From Auanema rhodensis (taxonomy: Eukaryota > Animalia > Nematoda), in contig OZ059900.1 of NCBI GenBank assembly GCA_964057225.1, positions 930,001-994,000 of the forward strand: 64,000 nucleotides of DNA, in the 5' to 3' direction. Positions 15,001 through 28,800 of the stretch are shown one piece after another. The translations under genes were made by a program, and so were the position numbers. Positions within the stretch are counted from its first letter, which is position 1. Each line of letters opens with the position of its first letter. A model generated the notes under the pieces. The model was not told where the DNA came from. It saw only the letters and a program-made list of their open reading frames with translations, and made no database searches.

Positions 15001-18000
15001 CGCTCAAATAGCATTACTACACTAAGTATGGTCGTTTTTATGCCTTTAACACCATATACTCACCGATTTTTGGTACAAAATCTGTAATACTCGTAAATTT
15101 TGATCATATTCGTTAAGATTTGAGAATCAAACATACAATACAAAAAATCAGTCTATTTTTATGAGCTTGCACTGATATATATTCATTTTGATCAAAAAAG
15201 GTCGAAAATAGAAAGAATTTTTGAAATTTCCGAGTTTTGAGTCTAATTTGGCTAAATCGCTCATATATATGATCAAAAGCAAAGTTTTACTGTCTATGAT
15301 AACAAAAGTCTTCAAATATACACTAATAATGATTAAATCACTGAATTTCAGTCAAATAGCATTACTACACTAAGTATGGTCGTTTTTATGCCTTTAACAC
15401 CATATACTCACCGATTTTTGGTACAAAATCTGTAATACTTGTAAATTTTGATCATATTTGTTAAGATTCGAGAATCAAACACATAATACACGAAATAAGT
15501 CTATTTTTACAAGTTTGCACTGATATTTATTCATTTTGATCAAAAAAGGTCGAAAATAGAAAGAATTTTTGAAATTTCCGAGTTTTGAGTCCAATTTGGC
15601 TAAATCGCTCATATATATGATCAGAAGCATAGTTTTATTGTCTATGACAACAAAAATCATCAATTAAACGCTAGTGATGTTTAAATACTGATTTTCGCTC
15701 AAATAGCATTACTACACTAAGTATGGTCGTTTTTATGCCTTTAACACCATATACTCACCGATTTTTGGTACAAAATCTGTAATACTCGTAAATTTTGATC
15801 ATATTCGTTAAGATTTGAGAATCAAACATACAATACAAAAAATCAGTCTATTTTTATGAGCTTGCACTGATATATATTCATTTTGATCAAAAAAGGTCGA
15901 AAATAGAAAGAATTTTTGAAATTTCCGAGTTTTGAGTCCAATTTGGCTAAATCGCTCATATATAAGATCAAAAGCATAGTTTTATTGTCTATAACAACAA
16001 AAGTCATCAATTGAACGCTAGTGATGTTTAAATACTGAATTTCGCTCAAATAGCATTACTACACTAAGTATGGTCGTTTTTATGCCTTTAACACCATATA
16101 CTCACCGATTTTTGGTACAAAATCTGTAATACTCGTAAATTTTGATCATATTCGTTAAGATTTGAGAATCAAACATACAATACAAAAAATCAGTCTATTT
16201 TTATGAGCTTGCACTGATATATATTCATTTTGATCAAAAAAGGTCGAAAATAGAAAGAATTTTTGAAATTTCCGAGTTTTGAGTCTAATTTGGCTAAATC
16301 GCTCATATATATGATCAAAAGCAAAGTTTTACTGTCTATGATAACAAAAGTCTTCAAATATACACTAATAATGATTAAATCACTGAATTTCAGTCAAATA
16401 GCATTACTACACTAAGTATGGTCGTTTTTATGCCTTTAACACCATATACTCACCGATTTTTGGTACAAAATCTGTAATACTTGTAAATTTTGATCATATT
16501 TGTTAAGATTCGAGAATCAAACACATAATACACGAAATAAGTCTATTTTTACAAGTTTGCACTGATATTTATTCATTTTGATCAAAAAAGGTCGAAAATA
16601 GAAAGAATTTTTGAAATTTCCGAGTTTTGAGTCCAATTTGGCTAAATCGCTCATATATAAGATCAAAAGCATAGTTTTATTGTCTATAACAACAAAAGTC
16701 ATCAATTAAACGCTAGTGATGTTTAAATACTGAATTTCGCTCAAATAGCATTACTACACTAAGTATGGTCGTTTTTATGCCTTTAACACCATATACTCAC
16801 CGATTTTTGGTACAAAATCTGTAATACTTGTAAATTTCGATCATATTTGTTAAGATTCGAGAATCAAACACATAATACACGAAATAAGTCTATTTTTACA
16901 AGTTTGCACTGATATTTATTCATTTTGATCAAAAAAGGTCGAAAATAGAAAGAATTTTTGAAATTTCCGAGTTTTGAGTCCAATTTGGCTAAATCGCTCA
17001 TATATATGATCAGAAGCATAGTTTTATTGTCTATGACAACAAAAATCATCAATTAAACGCTAGTGATGTTTAAATACTGATTTTCGCTCAAATAGCATTA
17101 CTACACTAAGTATGGTCGTTTTTATGCCTTTAACACCATATACTCACCGATTTTTGGTACAAAATCTGTAATACTCGTAAATTTTGATCATATTCGTTAA
17201 GATTTGAGAATCAAACATACAATACAAAAAATCAGTCTATTTTTATGAGCTTGCACTGATATATATTCATTTTGATCAAAAAAGGTCGAAAATAGAAAGA
17301 ATTTTTGAAATTTCCGAGTTTTGAGTCTAATTTGGCTAAATCGCTCATATATATGATCAAAAGCATAGTTTTACTGTCTATGATAACAAAAGTCTTCAAA
17401 TATACACTAATAATGATTAAATCACTGAATTTCAGTCAAATAGCATTACTACACTAAGTATGGTCGTTTTTATGCCTTTAACACCATATACTCACCGATT
17501 TTTGGTACAAAATCTGTAATACTTGTAAATTTTGATCATATTTGTTAAGATTCGAGAATCAAACACATAATACACGAAATAAGTCTATTTTTACAAGTTT
17601 GCACTGATATTTATTCATTTTGATCAAAAAAGGTCGAAAATAGAAAGAATTTTTGAAGTTTCCGAGTTTTGAGTCCAATTTGGCTAAATCGCTCATATAT
17701 AAGATCAAAAGCATAGTTTTATTGTCTATAACAACAAAAGTCATCAATTAAACGCTAGTGATGTTTAAATACTGAATTTCGCTCAAATAGCATTACTACA
17801 CTAAGTATGGTCGTTTTTATGCCTTTAACACCATATACTCACCGATTTTTGGTACAAAATCTGTAATACTCGTAAATTTTGATCATATTCGTTAAGATTT
17901 GAGAATCAAACATACAATACAAAAAATCAGTCTATTTTTATGAGCTTGCACTGATATATATTCATTTTGATCAAAAAAGGTCGAAAATAGAAAGAATTTT

Positions 18001-18457
18001 TGAAATTTCCGAGTTTTGAGTCTAATTTGGCTAAATCGCTCATATATATGATCAAAAGCATAGTTTTACTGTCTATGATAACAAAAGTCTTCAAATATAC
18101 ACTAATAATGATTAAATCACTGAATTTCAGTCAAATAGCATTACTACACTAAGTATGGTCGTTTTTATGCCTTTAACACCATATACTCACCGATTTTTGG
18201 TACAAAATCTGTAATACTTGTAAATTTTGATCATATTTGTTAAGATTCGAGAATCAAACACATAATACACGAAATAAGTCTATTTTTACAAGTTTGCACT
18301 GATATTTATTCATTTTGATCAAAAAAGGTCGAAAATAGAAAGAATTTTTGAAATTTCCGAGTTTTGAGTCCAATTTGGCTAAATCGCTCATATATAAGAT
18401 CAAAAGCATAGTTTTATTGTCTATAACAACAAAAGTCATCAATTAAACGCTAGTGAT
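1..18457 (+). repeat. Homogeneous satellite domain, part 1: monomer types A (347 bp), B (348 bp), C (347 bp) in variable higher-order repeats
   Basis: A carries gatcagaagc/tatgacaacaaaaatc; B carries aaacatacaatacaaaaaatcag/aaatatacactaataatgattaaatcac; C carries atataagatc/tataacaacaaaagtc. A-type starts at 2620, 4357, 6094 (period 1737 = ABCBC); 188 to 2620 is 2432 (ABCBCBC). Confidence 0.95.
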
Positions 18458-18477
18458 AGTGATTTTTAATCGGTGAG
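18451..18477. other. Inversion junction (forward to inverted) with tagtga-tagtga duplication; identical copy at 23166-23192
   Basis: Reads tagtgatagtgatttttaatcggtgag. Confidence 0.92.
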
Positions 18478-21173
18478 TATATGGTGTTAAAGGCATAAAA
18501 ACGACCATACTTAGTGTAGTAATGCTATTTGAGCGAAAATCAGTATTTAAACATCACTAGCGTTTAATTGATGATTTTTGTTGTCATAGACAATAAAACT
18601 ATGCTTCTGATCATATATATGAGCGATTTAGCCAAATTAGACTCAAAACTCGGAAATTTCAAAAATTCTTTCTATTTTCGACCTTTTTTGATCAAAATGA
18701 ATAAATATCAGTGCAAACTCATAAAAATAGACTTATTTCGTGTATTATGTGTTTGATTCTCGAATCTTAACAAATATGATCAAAATTTACAAGTATTACA
18801 GATTTTGTACCAAAAATCGGTGAGTATATGGTGTTAAAGGCATAAAAACGACCATACTTAGTGTAGTAATGCTATTTGAGCGAAATTTAGTGATTTAAAC
18901 ATTATTAGTGTTTAATTAATGACTTTTGTTGTCATAGACAATAAAACTATGCTTCTGATCATATATATGAGCGATTTAGCCAAATTAGACTCAAAACTCG
19001 TAAATTTCAAAAATTCTTTCTATTTTCGACCTTTTTTGATCAAAATGAATATATATCAGTGCAAGCTCATAAAAATAGACTGATTTTGTGTACTGTATGT
19101 TTGATTCTCAAATCTTAACGAATATGATCAAAATTTACAAGTATTACAGATTTTGTACCAAAAATCGGTGAGTATATGGTGTTAAAGGCATAAAAACGAC
19201 CATACTTAGTGTAGTAATGCTATTTGAGCGAAATTCAGTATTAAAACATCACTAGCGTTTAATTGAAGACTTTTGTTGTTATAGACAATAGAACTATGCT
19301 TTTGATCATATATATGAGCGATTTAGCCAAATTGGACTCAAAACTCGGAAACTTCAAAAATTCTTTCTATTTTCGACCTTTTTTGATCAAAATGAATAAA
19401 TATCAGTGCAAACTTGTAAAAATAGACTTATTTCGTGTATTATGTGTTTGATTCTCGAATCTTAACAAATATGATCAAAATTTACAAGTATTACAGATTT
19501 TGTACCAAAAATCGGTGAGTATATGGTGTTAAAGGCATAAAAACGACCATACTTAGTGTAGTAATGCTATTTGACTGAAATTCAGTGATTTAATCATTAT
19601 TAGTGTATATTTGAAGACTTTTGTTATCATAGACAGTAAAACTATGCTTTTGATCATATATATGAGCGATTTAGCCAAATTAGACTCAAAACTCGGAAAT
19701 TTCAAAAATTCTTTCTATTTTCGACCTTTTTTGATCAAAATGAATATATATCAGTGCAAGCTCATAAAAATAGACTGATTTTTTGTATTGTATGTTTGAT
19801 TCTCAAATCTTAACGAATATGATCAAAATTTACGAGTATTACAGATTTTGTACCAAAAATCGGTGAGTATATGGTGTTAAAGGCATAAAAACGACCATAC
19901 TTAGTGTAGTAATGCTATTTGAGCGAAAATCAGTATTTAAACATCACTAGCGTTTAATTGATGATTTTTGTTGTCATAGACAATAAAACTATGCTTCTGA
20001 TCATATATATGAGCGATTTAGCCAAATTGGACTCAAAACTCGGAAATTTCAAAAATTCTTTCTATTTTCGACCTTTTTTGATCAAAATGAATAAATATCA
20101 GTGCAAACTTGTAAAAATAGACTTATTTCGTGTATTATGTGTTTGATTCTCGAATCTTAACAAATATGATCGAAATTTACAAGTATTACAGATTTTGTAC
20201 CAAAAATCGGTGAGTATATGGTGTTAAAGGCATAAAAACGACCATACTTAGTGTAGTAATGCTATTTGAGCGAAATTCAGTATTTAAACATCACTAGCGT
20301 TTAATTGATGACTTTTGTTGTTATAGACAATAAAACTATGCTTTTGATCTTATATATGAGCGATTTAGCCAAATTGGACTCAAAACTCGGAAATTTCAAA
20401 AATTCTTTCTATTTTCGACCTTTTTTGATCAAAATGAATAAATATCAGTGCAAACTTGTAAAAATAGACTTATTTCGTGTATTATGTGTTTGATTCTCGA
20501 ATCTTAACAAATATGATCAAAATTTACAAGTATTACAGATTTTGTACCAAAAATCGGTGAGTATATGGTGTTAAAGGCATAAAAACGACCATACTTAGTG
20601 TAGTAATGCTATTTGACTGAAATTCAGTGATTTAATCATTATTAGTGTATATTTGAAGACTTTTGTTATCATAGACAGTAAAACTATGCTTTTGATCATA
20701 TATATGAGCGATTTAGCCCAATTGGACTCAAAACTCGGAAAATTCAAAAATTCTTTCTATTTTCGACCTTTTTTGATCAAAATGAATAAATATCAGTGCA
20801 AACTCGTGAAAATAAACTCATTTCGTGTATTGTGTGTTTGATTCTCGAATCTTAACGAATATGATCGAAATTTACGAGTATCACAGATTTTGTATTTGTA
20901 CCGATTTACTAGCGTTTAATTGATGATTTTTGTTGTCATAGACAATAAAACTATGCTTCTGATCATATATATGAGCGATTTAGCCAAATTAGACTCAAAA
21001 CTAGGAAATTTCAAAAATTCTTTCTATTTTCGACCTTTTTTGATCAAAATGAATAAATATCAGTGCAAACTCATGAAAATAGACTTATTTCGTGTATTAT
21101 GTGTTTGATTCTCGAATCTTAACGAATATGATCAAAATTTACAAGTATTACAGATTTTGTACCAAAAATCGGT
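18468..21173 (-). repeat. Inverted satellite block 1 (7 monomers plus one truncated monomer)
   Basis: Sequence becomes the reverse complement of the monomer at aatcggtgagtatatggtg (18468). The repeat ORF flips to + for 18568-21108, and orientation returns at ...aaaaatc|ggtacaaatacaaaatctg (about 21171). Confidence 0.97.
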
Positions 21174-23172
21174 ACAAATACAAAATCTGTGATACTCGTA
21201 AATTTCGATCATATTCGTTAAGATTCGAGAATCAAACACACAATACACGAAATGAGTTTATTTTCACGAGTTTGCACTGATATTTATTCATTTTGATCAA
21301 AAAAGGTCGAAAATAGAAAGAATTTTTGAATTTTCCGAGTTTTGAGTCCAATTTGGCTAAATCGCTCATATATAAGATCAAAAGCATAGTTTTATTGTCT
21401 ATAACAACAAAAGTCATCAATTAAACGCTAGTGATGTTTAAATACTGATTTTCGCTCAAATAGCATTACTACACTAAGTATGGTCGTTTTTATGCCTTTA
21501 ACACCATATACTCACCGATTTTTGGTACAAAATCTGTAATACTCGTAAATTTTGATCATATTCGTTAAGATTCGAGAATCAAACACATAATACACGAAAT
21601 AAGTCTATTTTTACAAGTTTGCACTGATATTTATTCATTTTGATCAAAAAAGGTCGAAAATAGAAAGAATTTTTGAAATTTCCGAGTTTTGAGTCCAATT
21701 TGGCTAAATCGCTCATATATATGATCAGAAGCATAGTTTTATTGTCTATGACAACAAAAATCATCAATTAAACGCTAGTGATGTTTAAATACTGATTTTC
21801 GCTCAAATAGCATTACTACACTAAGTATGGTCGTTTTTATGCCTTTAACACCATATACTCACCGATTTTTGGTACAAAATCTGTAATACTCGTAAATTTT
21901 GATCATATTCGTTAAGATTTGAGAATCAAACATACAATACAAAAAATCAGTCTATTTTTATGAGCTTGCACTGATATATATTCATTTTGATCAAAAAAGG
22001 TCGAAAATAGAAAGAATTTTTGAAATTTCCGAGTTTTGAGTCTAATTTGGCTAAATCGCTCATATATATGATCAAAAGCATAGTTTTACTGTCTATGATA
22101 ACAAAAGTCTTCAAATATACACTAATAATGATTAAATCACTGAATTTCAGTCAAATAGCATTACTACACTAAGTATGGTCGTTTTTATGCCTTTAACACC
22201 ATATACTCACCGATTTTTGGTACAAAATCTGTAATACTTGTAAATTTTGATCATATTTGTTAAGATTCGAGAATCAAACACATAATACACGAAATAAGTC
22301 TATTTTTACAAGTTTGCACTGATATTTATTCATTTTGATCAAAAAAGGTCGAAAATAGAAAGAATTTTTGAAGTTTCCGAGTTTTGAGTCCAATTTGGCT
22401 AAATCGCTCATATATAAGATCAAAAGCATAGTTTTATTGTCTATAACAACAAAAGTCATCAATTAAACGCTAGTGATGTTTAAATACTGAATTTCGCTCA
22501 AATAGCATTACTACACTAAGTATGGTCGTTTTTATGCCTTTAACACCATATACTCACCGATTTTTGGTACAAAATCTGTAATACTCGTAAATTTTGATCA
22601 TATTCGTTAAGATTTGAGAATCAAACATACAATACAAAAAATCAGTCTATTTTTATGAGCTTGCACTGATATATATTCATTTTGATCAAAAAAGGTCGAA
22701 AATAGAAAGAATTTTTGAAATTTCCGAGTTTTGAGTCTAATTTGGCTAAATCGCTCATATATATGATCAAAAGCATAGTTTTACTGTCTATGATAACAAA
22801 AGTCTTCAAATATACACTAATAATGATTAAATCACTGAATTTCAGTCAAATAGCATTACTACACTAAGTATGGTCGTTTTTATGCCTTTAACACCATATA
22901 CTCACCGATTTTTGGTACAAAATCTGTAATACTTGTAAATTTTGATCATATTTGTTAAGATTCGAGAATCAAACACATAATACACGAAATAAGTCTATTT
23001 TTACAAGTTTGCACTGATATTTATTCATTTTGATCAAAAAAGGTCGAAAATAGAAAGAATTTTTGAAATTTCCGAGTTTTGAGTCCAATTTGGCTAAATC
23101 GCTCATATATAAGATCAAAAGCATAGTTTTATTGTCTATAACAACAAAAGTCATCAATTAAACGCTAGTGAT
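21171..23172 (+). repeat. Forward-orientation satellite between inverted blocks 1 and 2 (hybrid monomer, then A-B-C-B-C)
   Basis: Repeat ORFs on - at 21232, 21579, 22274, 22969. Confidence 0.93.
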
Positions 23173-23182
23173 AGTGATTTTT

Positions 23183-25888
23183 AATCGGTGAGTATATGGT
23201 GTTAAAGGCATAAAAACGACCATACTTAGTGTAGTAATGCTATTTGAGCGAAAATCAGTATTTAAACATCACTAGCGTTTAATTGATGATTTTTGTTGTC
23301 ATAGACAATAAAACTATGCTTCTGATCATATATATGAGCGATTTAGCCAAATTAGACTCAAAACTCGGAAATTTCAAAAATTCTTTCTATTTTCGACCTT
23401 TTTTGATCAAAATGAATAAATATCAGTGCAAACTCATAAAAATAGACTTATTTCGTGTATTATGTGTTTGATTCTCGAATCTTAACAAATATGATCAAAA
23501 TTTACAAGTATTACAGATTTTGTACCAAAAATCGGTGAGTATATGGTGTTAAAGGCATAAAAACGACCATACTTAGTGTAGTAATGCTATTTGAGCGAAA
23601 TTTAGTGATTTAAACATTATTAGTGTTTAATTAATGACTTTTGTTGTCATAGACAATAAAACTATGCTTCTGATCATATATATGAGCGATTTAGCCAAAT
23701 TAGACTCAAAACTCGTAAATTTCAAAAATTCTTTCTATTTTCGACCTTTTTTGATCAAAATGAATATATATCAGTGCAAGCTCATAAAAATAGACTGATT
23801 TTGTGTACTGTATGTTTGATTCTCAAATCTTAACGAATATGATCAAAATTTACAAGTATTACAGATTTTGTACCAAAAATCGGTGAGTATATGGTGTTAA
23901 AGGCATAAAAACGACCATACTTAGTGTAGTAATGCTATTTGAGCGAAATTCAGTATTAAAACATCACTAGCGTTTAATTGAAGACTTTTGTTGTTATAGA
24001 CAATAGAACTATGCTTTTGATCATATATATGAGCGATTTAGCCAAATTGGACTCAAAACTCGGAAACTTCAAAAATTCTTTCTATTTTCGACCTTTTTTG
24101 ATCAAAATGAATAAATATCAGTGCAAACTTGTAAAAATAGACTTATTTCGTGTATTATGTGTTTGATTCTCGAATCTTAACAAATATGATCAAAATTTAC
24201 AAGTATTACAGATTTTGTACCAAAAATCGGTGAGTATATGGTGTTAAAGGCATAAAAACGACCATACTTAGTGTAGTAATGCTATTTGACTGAAATTCAG
24301 TGATTTAATCATTATTAGTGTATATTTGAAGACTTTTGTTATCATAGACAGTAAAACTATGCTTTTGATCATATATATGAGCGATTTAGCCAAATTAGAC
24401 TCAAAACTCGGAAATTTCAAAAATTCTTTCTATTTTCGACCTTTTTTGATCAAAATGAATATATATCAGTGCAAGCTCATAAAAATAGACTGATTTTTTG
24501 TATTGTATGTTTGATTCTCAAATCTTAACGAATATGATCAAAATTTACGAGTATTACAGATTTTGTACCAAAAATCGGTGAGTATATGGTGTTAAAGGCA
24601 TAAAAACGACCATACTTAGTGTAGTAATGCTATTTGAGCGAAAATCAGTATTTAAACATCACTAGCGTTTAATTGATGATTTTTGTTGTCATAGACAATA
24701 AAACTATGCTTCTGATCATATATATGAGCGATTTAGCCAAATTGGACTCAAAACTCGGAAATTTCAAAAATTCTTTCTATTTTCGACCTTTTTTGATCAA
24801 AATGAATAAATATCAGTGCAAACTTGTAAAAATAGACTTATTTCGTGTATTATGTGTTTGATTCTCGAATCTTAACAAATATGATCGAAATTTACAAGTA
24901 TTACAGATTTTGTACCAAAAATCGGTGAGTATATGGTGTTAAAGGCATAAAAACGACCATACTTAGTGTAGTAATGCTATTTGAGCGAAATTCAGTATTT
25001 AAACATCACTAGCGTTTAATTGATGACTTTTGTTGTTATAGACAATAAAACTATGCTTTTGATCTTATATATGAGCGATTTAGCCAAATTGGACTCAAAA
25101 CTCGGAAATTTCAAAAATTCTTTCTATTTTCGACCTTTTTTGATCAAAATGAATAAATATCAGTGCAAACTTGTAAAAATAGACTTATTTCGTGTATTAT
25201 GTGTTTGATTCTCGAATCTTAACAAATATGATCAAAATTTACAAGTATTACAGATTTTGTACCAAAAATCGGTGAGTATATGGTGTTAAAGGCATAAAAA
25301 CGACCATACTTAGTGTAGTAATGCTATTTGACTGAAATTCAGTGATTTAATCATTATTAGTGTATATTTGAAGACTTTTGTTATCATAGACAGTAAAACT
25401 ATGCTTTTGATCATATATATGAGCGATTTAGCCCAATTGGACTCAAAACTCGGAAAATTCAAAAATTCTTTCTATTTTCGACCTTTTTTGATCAAAATGA
25501 ATAAATATCAGTGCAAACTCGTGAAAATAAACTCATTTCGTGTATTGTGTGTTTGATTCTCGAATCTTAACGAATATGATCGAAATTTACGAGTATCACA
25601 GATTTTGTATTTGTACCGATTTACTAGCGTTTAATTGATGATTTTTGTTGTCATAGACAATAAAACTATGCTTCTGATCATATATATGAGCGATTTAGCC
25701 AAATTAGACTCAAAACTAGGAAATTTCAAAAATTCTTTCTATTTTCGACCTTTTTTGATCAAAATGAATAAATATCAGTGCAAACTCATGAAAATAGACT
25801 TATTTCGTGTATTATGTGTTTGATTCTCGAATCTTAACGAATATGATCAAAATTTACAAGTATTACAGATTTTGTACCAAAAATCGGT
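23183..25888 (-). repeat. Inverted satellite block 2, a copy of block 1 offset by 4715 bp
   Basis: Every ORF coordinate and translation equals block 1 plus 4715 (18568/23283, 19263/23978, 20653/25368, 20920/25635); the junction sequences are identical. Confidence 0.97.
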
Positions 25889-28800
25889 ACAAATACAAAA
25901 TCTGTGATACTCGTAAATTTCGATCATATTCGTTAAGATTCGAGAATCAAACACACAATACACGAAATGAGTTTATTTTCACGAGTTTGCACTGATATTT
26001 ATTCATTTTGATCAAAAAAGGTCGAAAATAGAAAGAATTTTTGAATTTTCCGAGTTTTGAGTCCAATTTGGCTAAATCGCTCATATATAAGATCAAAAGC
26101 ATAGTTTTATTGTCTATAACAACAAAAGTCATCAATTAAACGCTAGTGATGTTTAAATACTGAATTTCGCTCAAATAGCATTACTACACTAAGTATGGTC
26201 GTTTTTATGCCTTTAACACCATATACTCACCGATTTTTTGTACAAAATCTGTAATACTCGTAAATTTTGATCATATTCGTTAAGATTTGAGAATCAAACA
26301 TACAATACAAAAAATCAGTCTATTTTTATGAGCTTGCACTGATATATATTCATTTTGATCAAAAAAGGTCGAAAATAGAAAGAATTTTTGAAATTTCCGA
26401 GTTTTGAGTCTAATTTGGCTAAATCGCTCATATATATGATCAAAAGCATAGTTTTACTGTCTATGATAACAAAAGTCTTCAAATATACACTAATAATGAT
26501 TAAATCACTGAATTTCAGTCAAATAGCATTACTACACTAAGTATGGTCGTTTTTATGCCTTTAACACCATATACTCACCGATTTTTGGTACAAAATCTGT
26601 AATACTTGTAAATTTTGATCATATTTGTTAAGATTCGAGAATCAAACACATAATACACGAAATAAGTCTATTTTTACAAGTTTGCACTGATATTTATTCA
26701 TTTTGATCAAAAAAGGTCGAAAATAGAAAGAATTTTTGAAATTTCCGAGTTTTGAGTCCAATTTGGCTAAATCGCTCGTATATAAGATCAAAAGCATAGT
26801 TTTATTGTCTATAACAACAAAAGTCATCAATTAAACGCTAGTGATGTTTAAATACTGAATTTCGCTCAAATAGCATTACTACACTAAGTATGGTCGTTTT
26901 TATGCCTTTAACACCATATACTCACCGATTTTTGGTACAAAATCTGTAATACTTGTAAATTTCGATCATATTTGTTAAGATTCGAGAATCAAACACATAA
27001 TACACAAAATAAGTCTATTTTTACAAGTTTGCACTGATATTTATTCATTTTGATCAAAAAAGGTCGAAAATAGAAAGAATTTTTGAAATTTCCGAGTTTT
27101 GAGTCCAATTTGGCTAAATCGCTCATATATATGATCAGAAGCATAGTTTTATTGTCTATGACAACAAAAATCATCAATTAAACGCTAGTGATGTTTAAAT
27201 ACTGATTTTCGCTCAAATAGCATTACTACACTAAGTATGGTCGTTTTTATGCCTTTAACACCATATACTCACCGATTTTTGGTACAAAATCTGTAATACT
27301 CGTAAATTTTGATCATATTCGTTAAGATTTGAGAATCAAACATACAATACAAAAAATCAGTCTATTTTTATGAGCTTGCACTGATATATATTCATTTTGA
27401 TCAAAAAAGGTCGAAAATAGAAAGAATTTTTGAAATTTCCGAGTTTTGAGTCTAATTTGGCTAAATCGCTCATATATATGATCAAAAGCATAGTTTTACT
27501 GTCTATGATAACAAAAGTCTTCAAATATACACTAATAATGATTAAATCACTGAATTTCAGTCAAATAGCATTACTACACTAAGTATGGTCGTTTTTATGC
27601 CTTTAACACCATATACTCACCGATTTTTGGTACAAAATCTGTAATACTTGTAAATTTTGATCATATTTGTTAAGATTCGAGAATCAAACACATAATACAC
27701 GAAATAAGTCTATTTTTACAAGTTTGCACTGATATTTATTCATTTTGATCAAAAAAGGTCGAAAATAGAAAGAATTTTTGAAGTTTCCGAGTTTTGAGTC
27801 CAATTTGGCTAAATCGCTCATATATAAGATCAAAAGCATAGTTTTATTGTCTATAACAACAAAAGTCATCAATTAAACGCTAGTGATGTTTAAATACTGA
27901 ATTTCGCTCAAATAGCATTACTACACTAAGTATGGTCGTTTTTATGCCTTTAACACCATATACTCACCGATTTTTGGTACAAAATCTGTAATACTCGTAA
28001 ATTTTGATCATATTCGTTAAGATTTGAGAATCAAACATACAATACAAAAAATCAGTCTATTTTTATGAGCTTGCACTGATATATATTCATTTTGATCAAA
28101 AAAGGTCGAAAATAGAAAGAATTTTTGAAATTTCCGAGTTTTGAGTCTAATTTGGCTAAATCGCTCATATATATGATCAAAAGCATAGTTTTACTGTCTA
28201 TGATAACAAAAGTCTTCAAATATACACTAATAATGATTAAATCACTGAATTTCAGTCAAATAGCATTACTACACTAAGTATGGTCGTTTTTATGCCTTTA
28301 ACACCATATACTCACCGATTTTTGGTACAAAATCTGTAATACTTGTAAATTTTGATCATATTTGTTAAGATTCGAGAATCAAACACATAATACACGAAAT
28401 AAGTCTATTTTTACAAGTTTGCACTGATATTTATTCATTTTGATCAAAAAAGGTCGAAAATAGAAAGAATTTTTGAAATTTCCGAGTTTTGAGTCCAATT
28501 TGGCTAAATCGCTCATATATAAGATCAAAAGCATAGTTTTATTGTCTATAACAACAAAAGTCATCAATTAAACGCTAGTGATGTTTAAATACTGAATTTC
28601 GCTCAAATAGCATTACTACACTAAGTATGGTCGTTTTTATGCCTTTAACACCATATACTCACCGATTTTTGGTACAAAATCTGTAATACTTGTAAATTTC
28701 GATCATATTTGTTAAGATTCGAGAATCAAACACATAATACACGAAATAAGTCTATTTTTACAAGTTTGCACTGATATTTATTCATTTTGATCAAAAAGGT

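Larger units (their letters stand above)
16849..26163. repeat. Tandem segmental duplication with a 4715-bp period containing the inversion cassette
   Basis: 16849-21448 matches 21564-26163. The match is bounded by differences at 16848/21563 (t/c) and 21449/26164 (t/a). Confidence 0.9.

Noticed and set aside
18468-21173. Inverted cassette as a transposon (foldback element or MITE)
   Set aside because: It is made entirely of satellite sequence, has no matching target-site duplication at its two ends and no transposase, and flanking variants show it was copied along with its neighbourhood.
21092-21280. Distinct 62-aa ORF MYYVFDSR... (also 25807 +, 52460 -)
   Set aside because: It is a chance frame reading through the inversion junction; it marks the junction but has no coding evidence.
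21560-21577. CENP-B-box-like motif attcgttaagattcgaga
   Set aside because: Spacing is one base too long and CGGG is absent relative to TTCGnnnnAnnCGGG, and the site is polymorphic between monomers.
28791-28800. 346-bp monomer with A5 instead of A6 (tcaaaaaggt)
   Set aside because: A single homopolymer indel that cannot be distinguished from a sequencing error.
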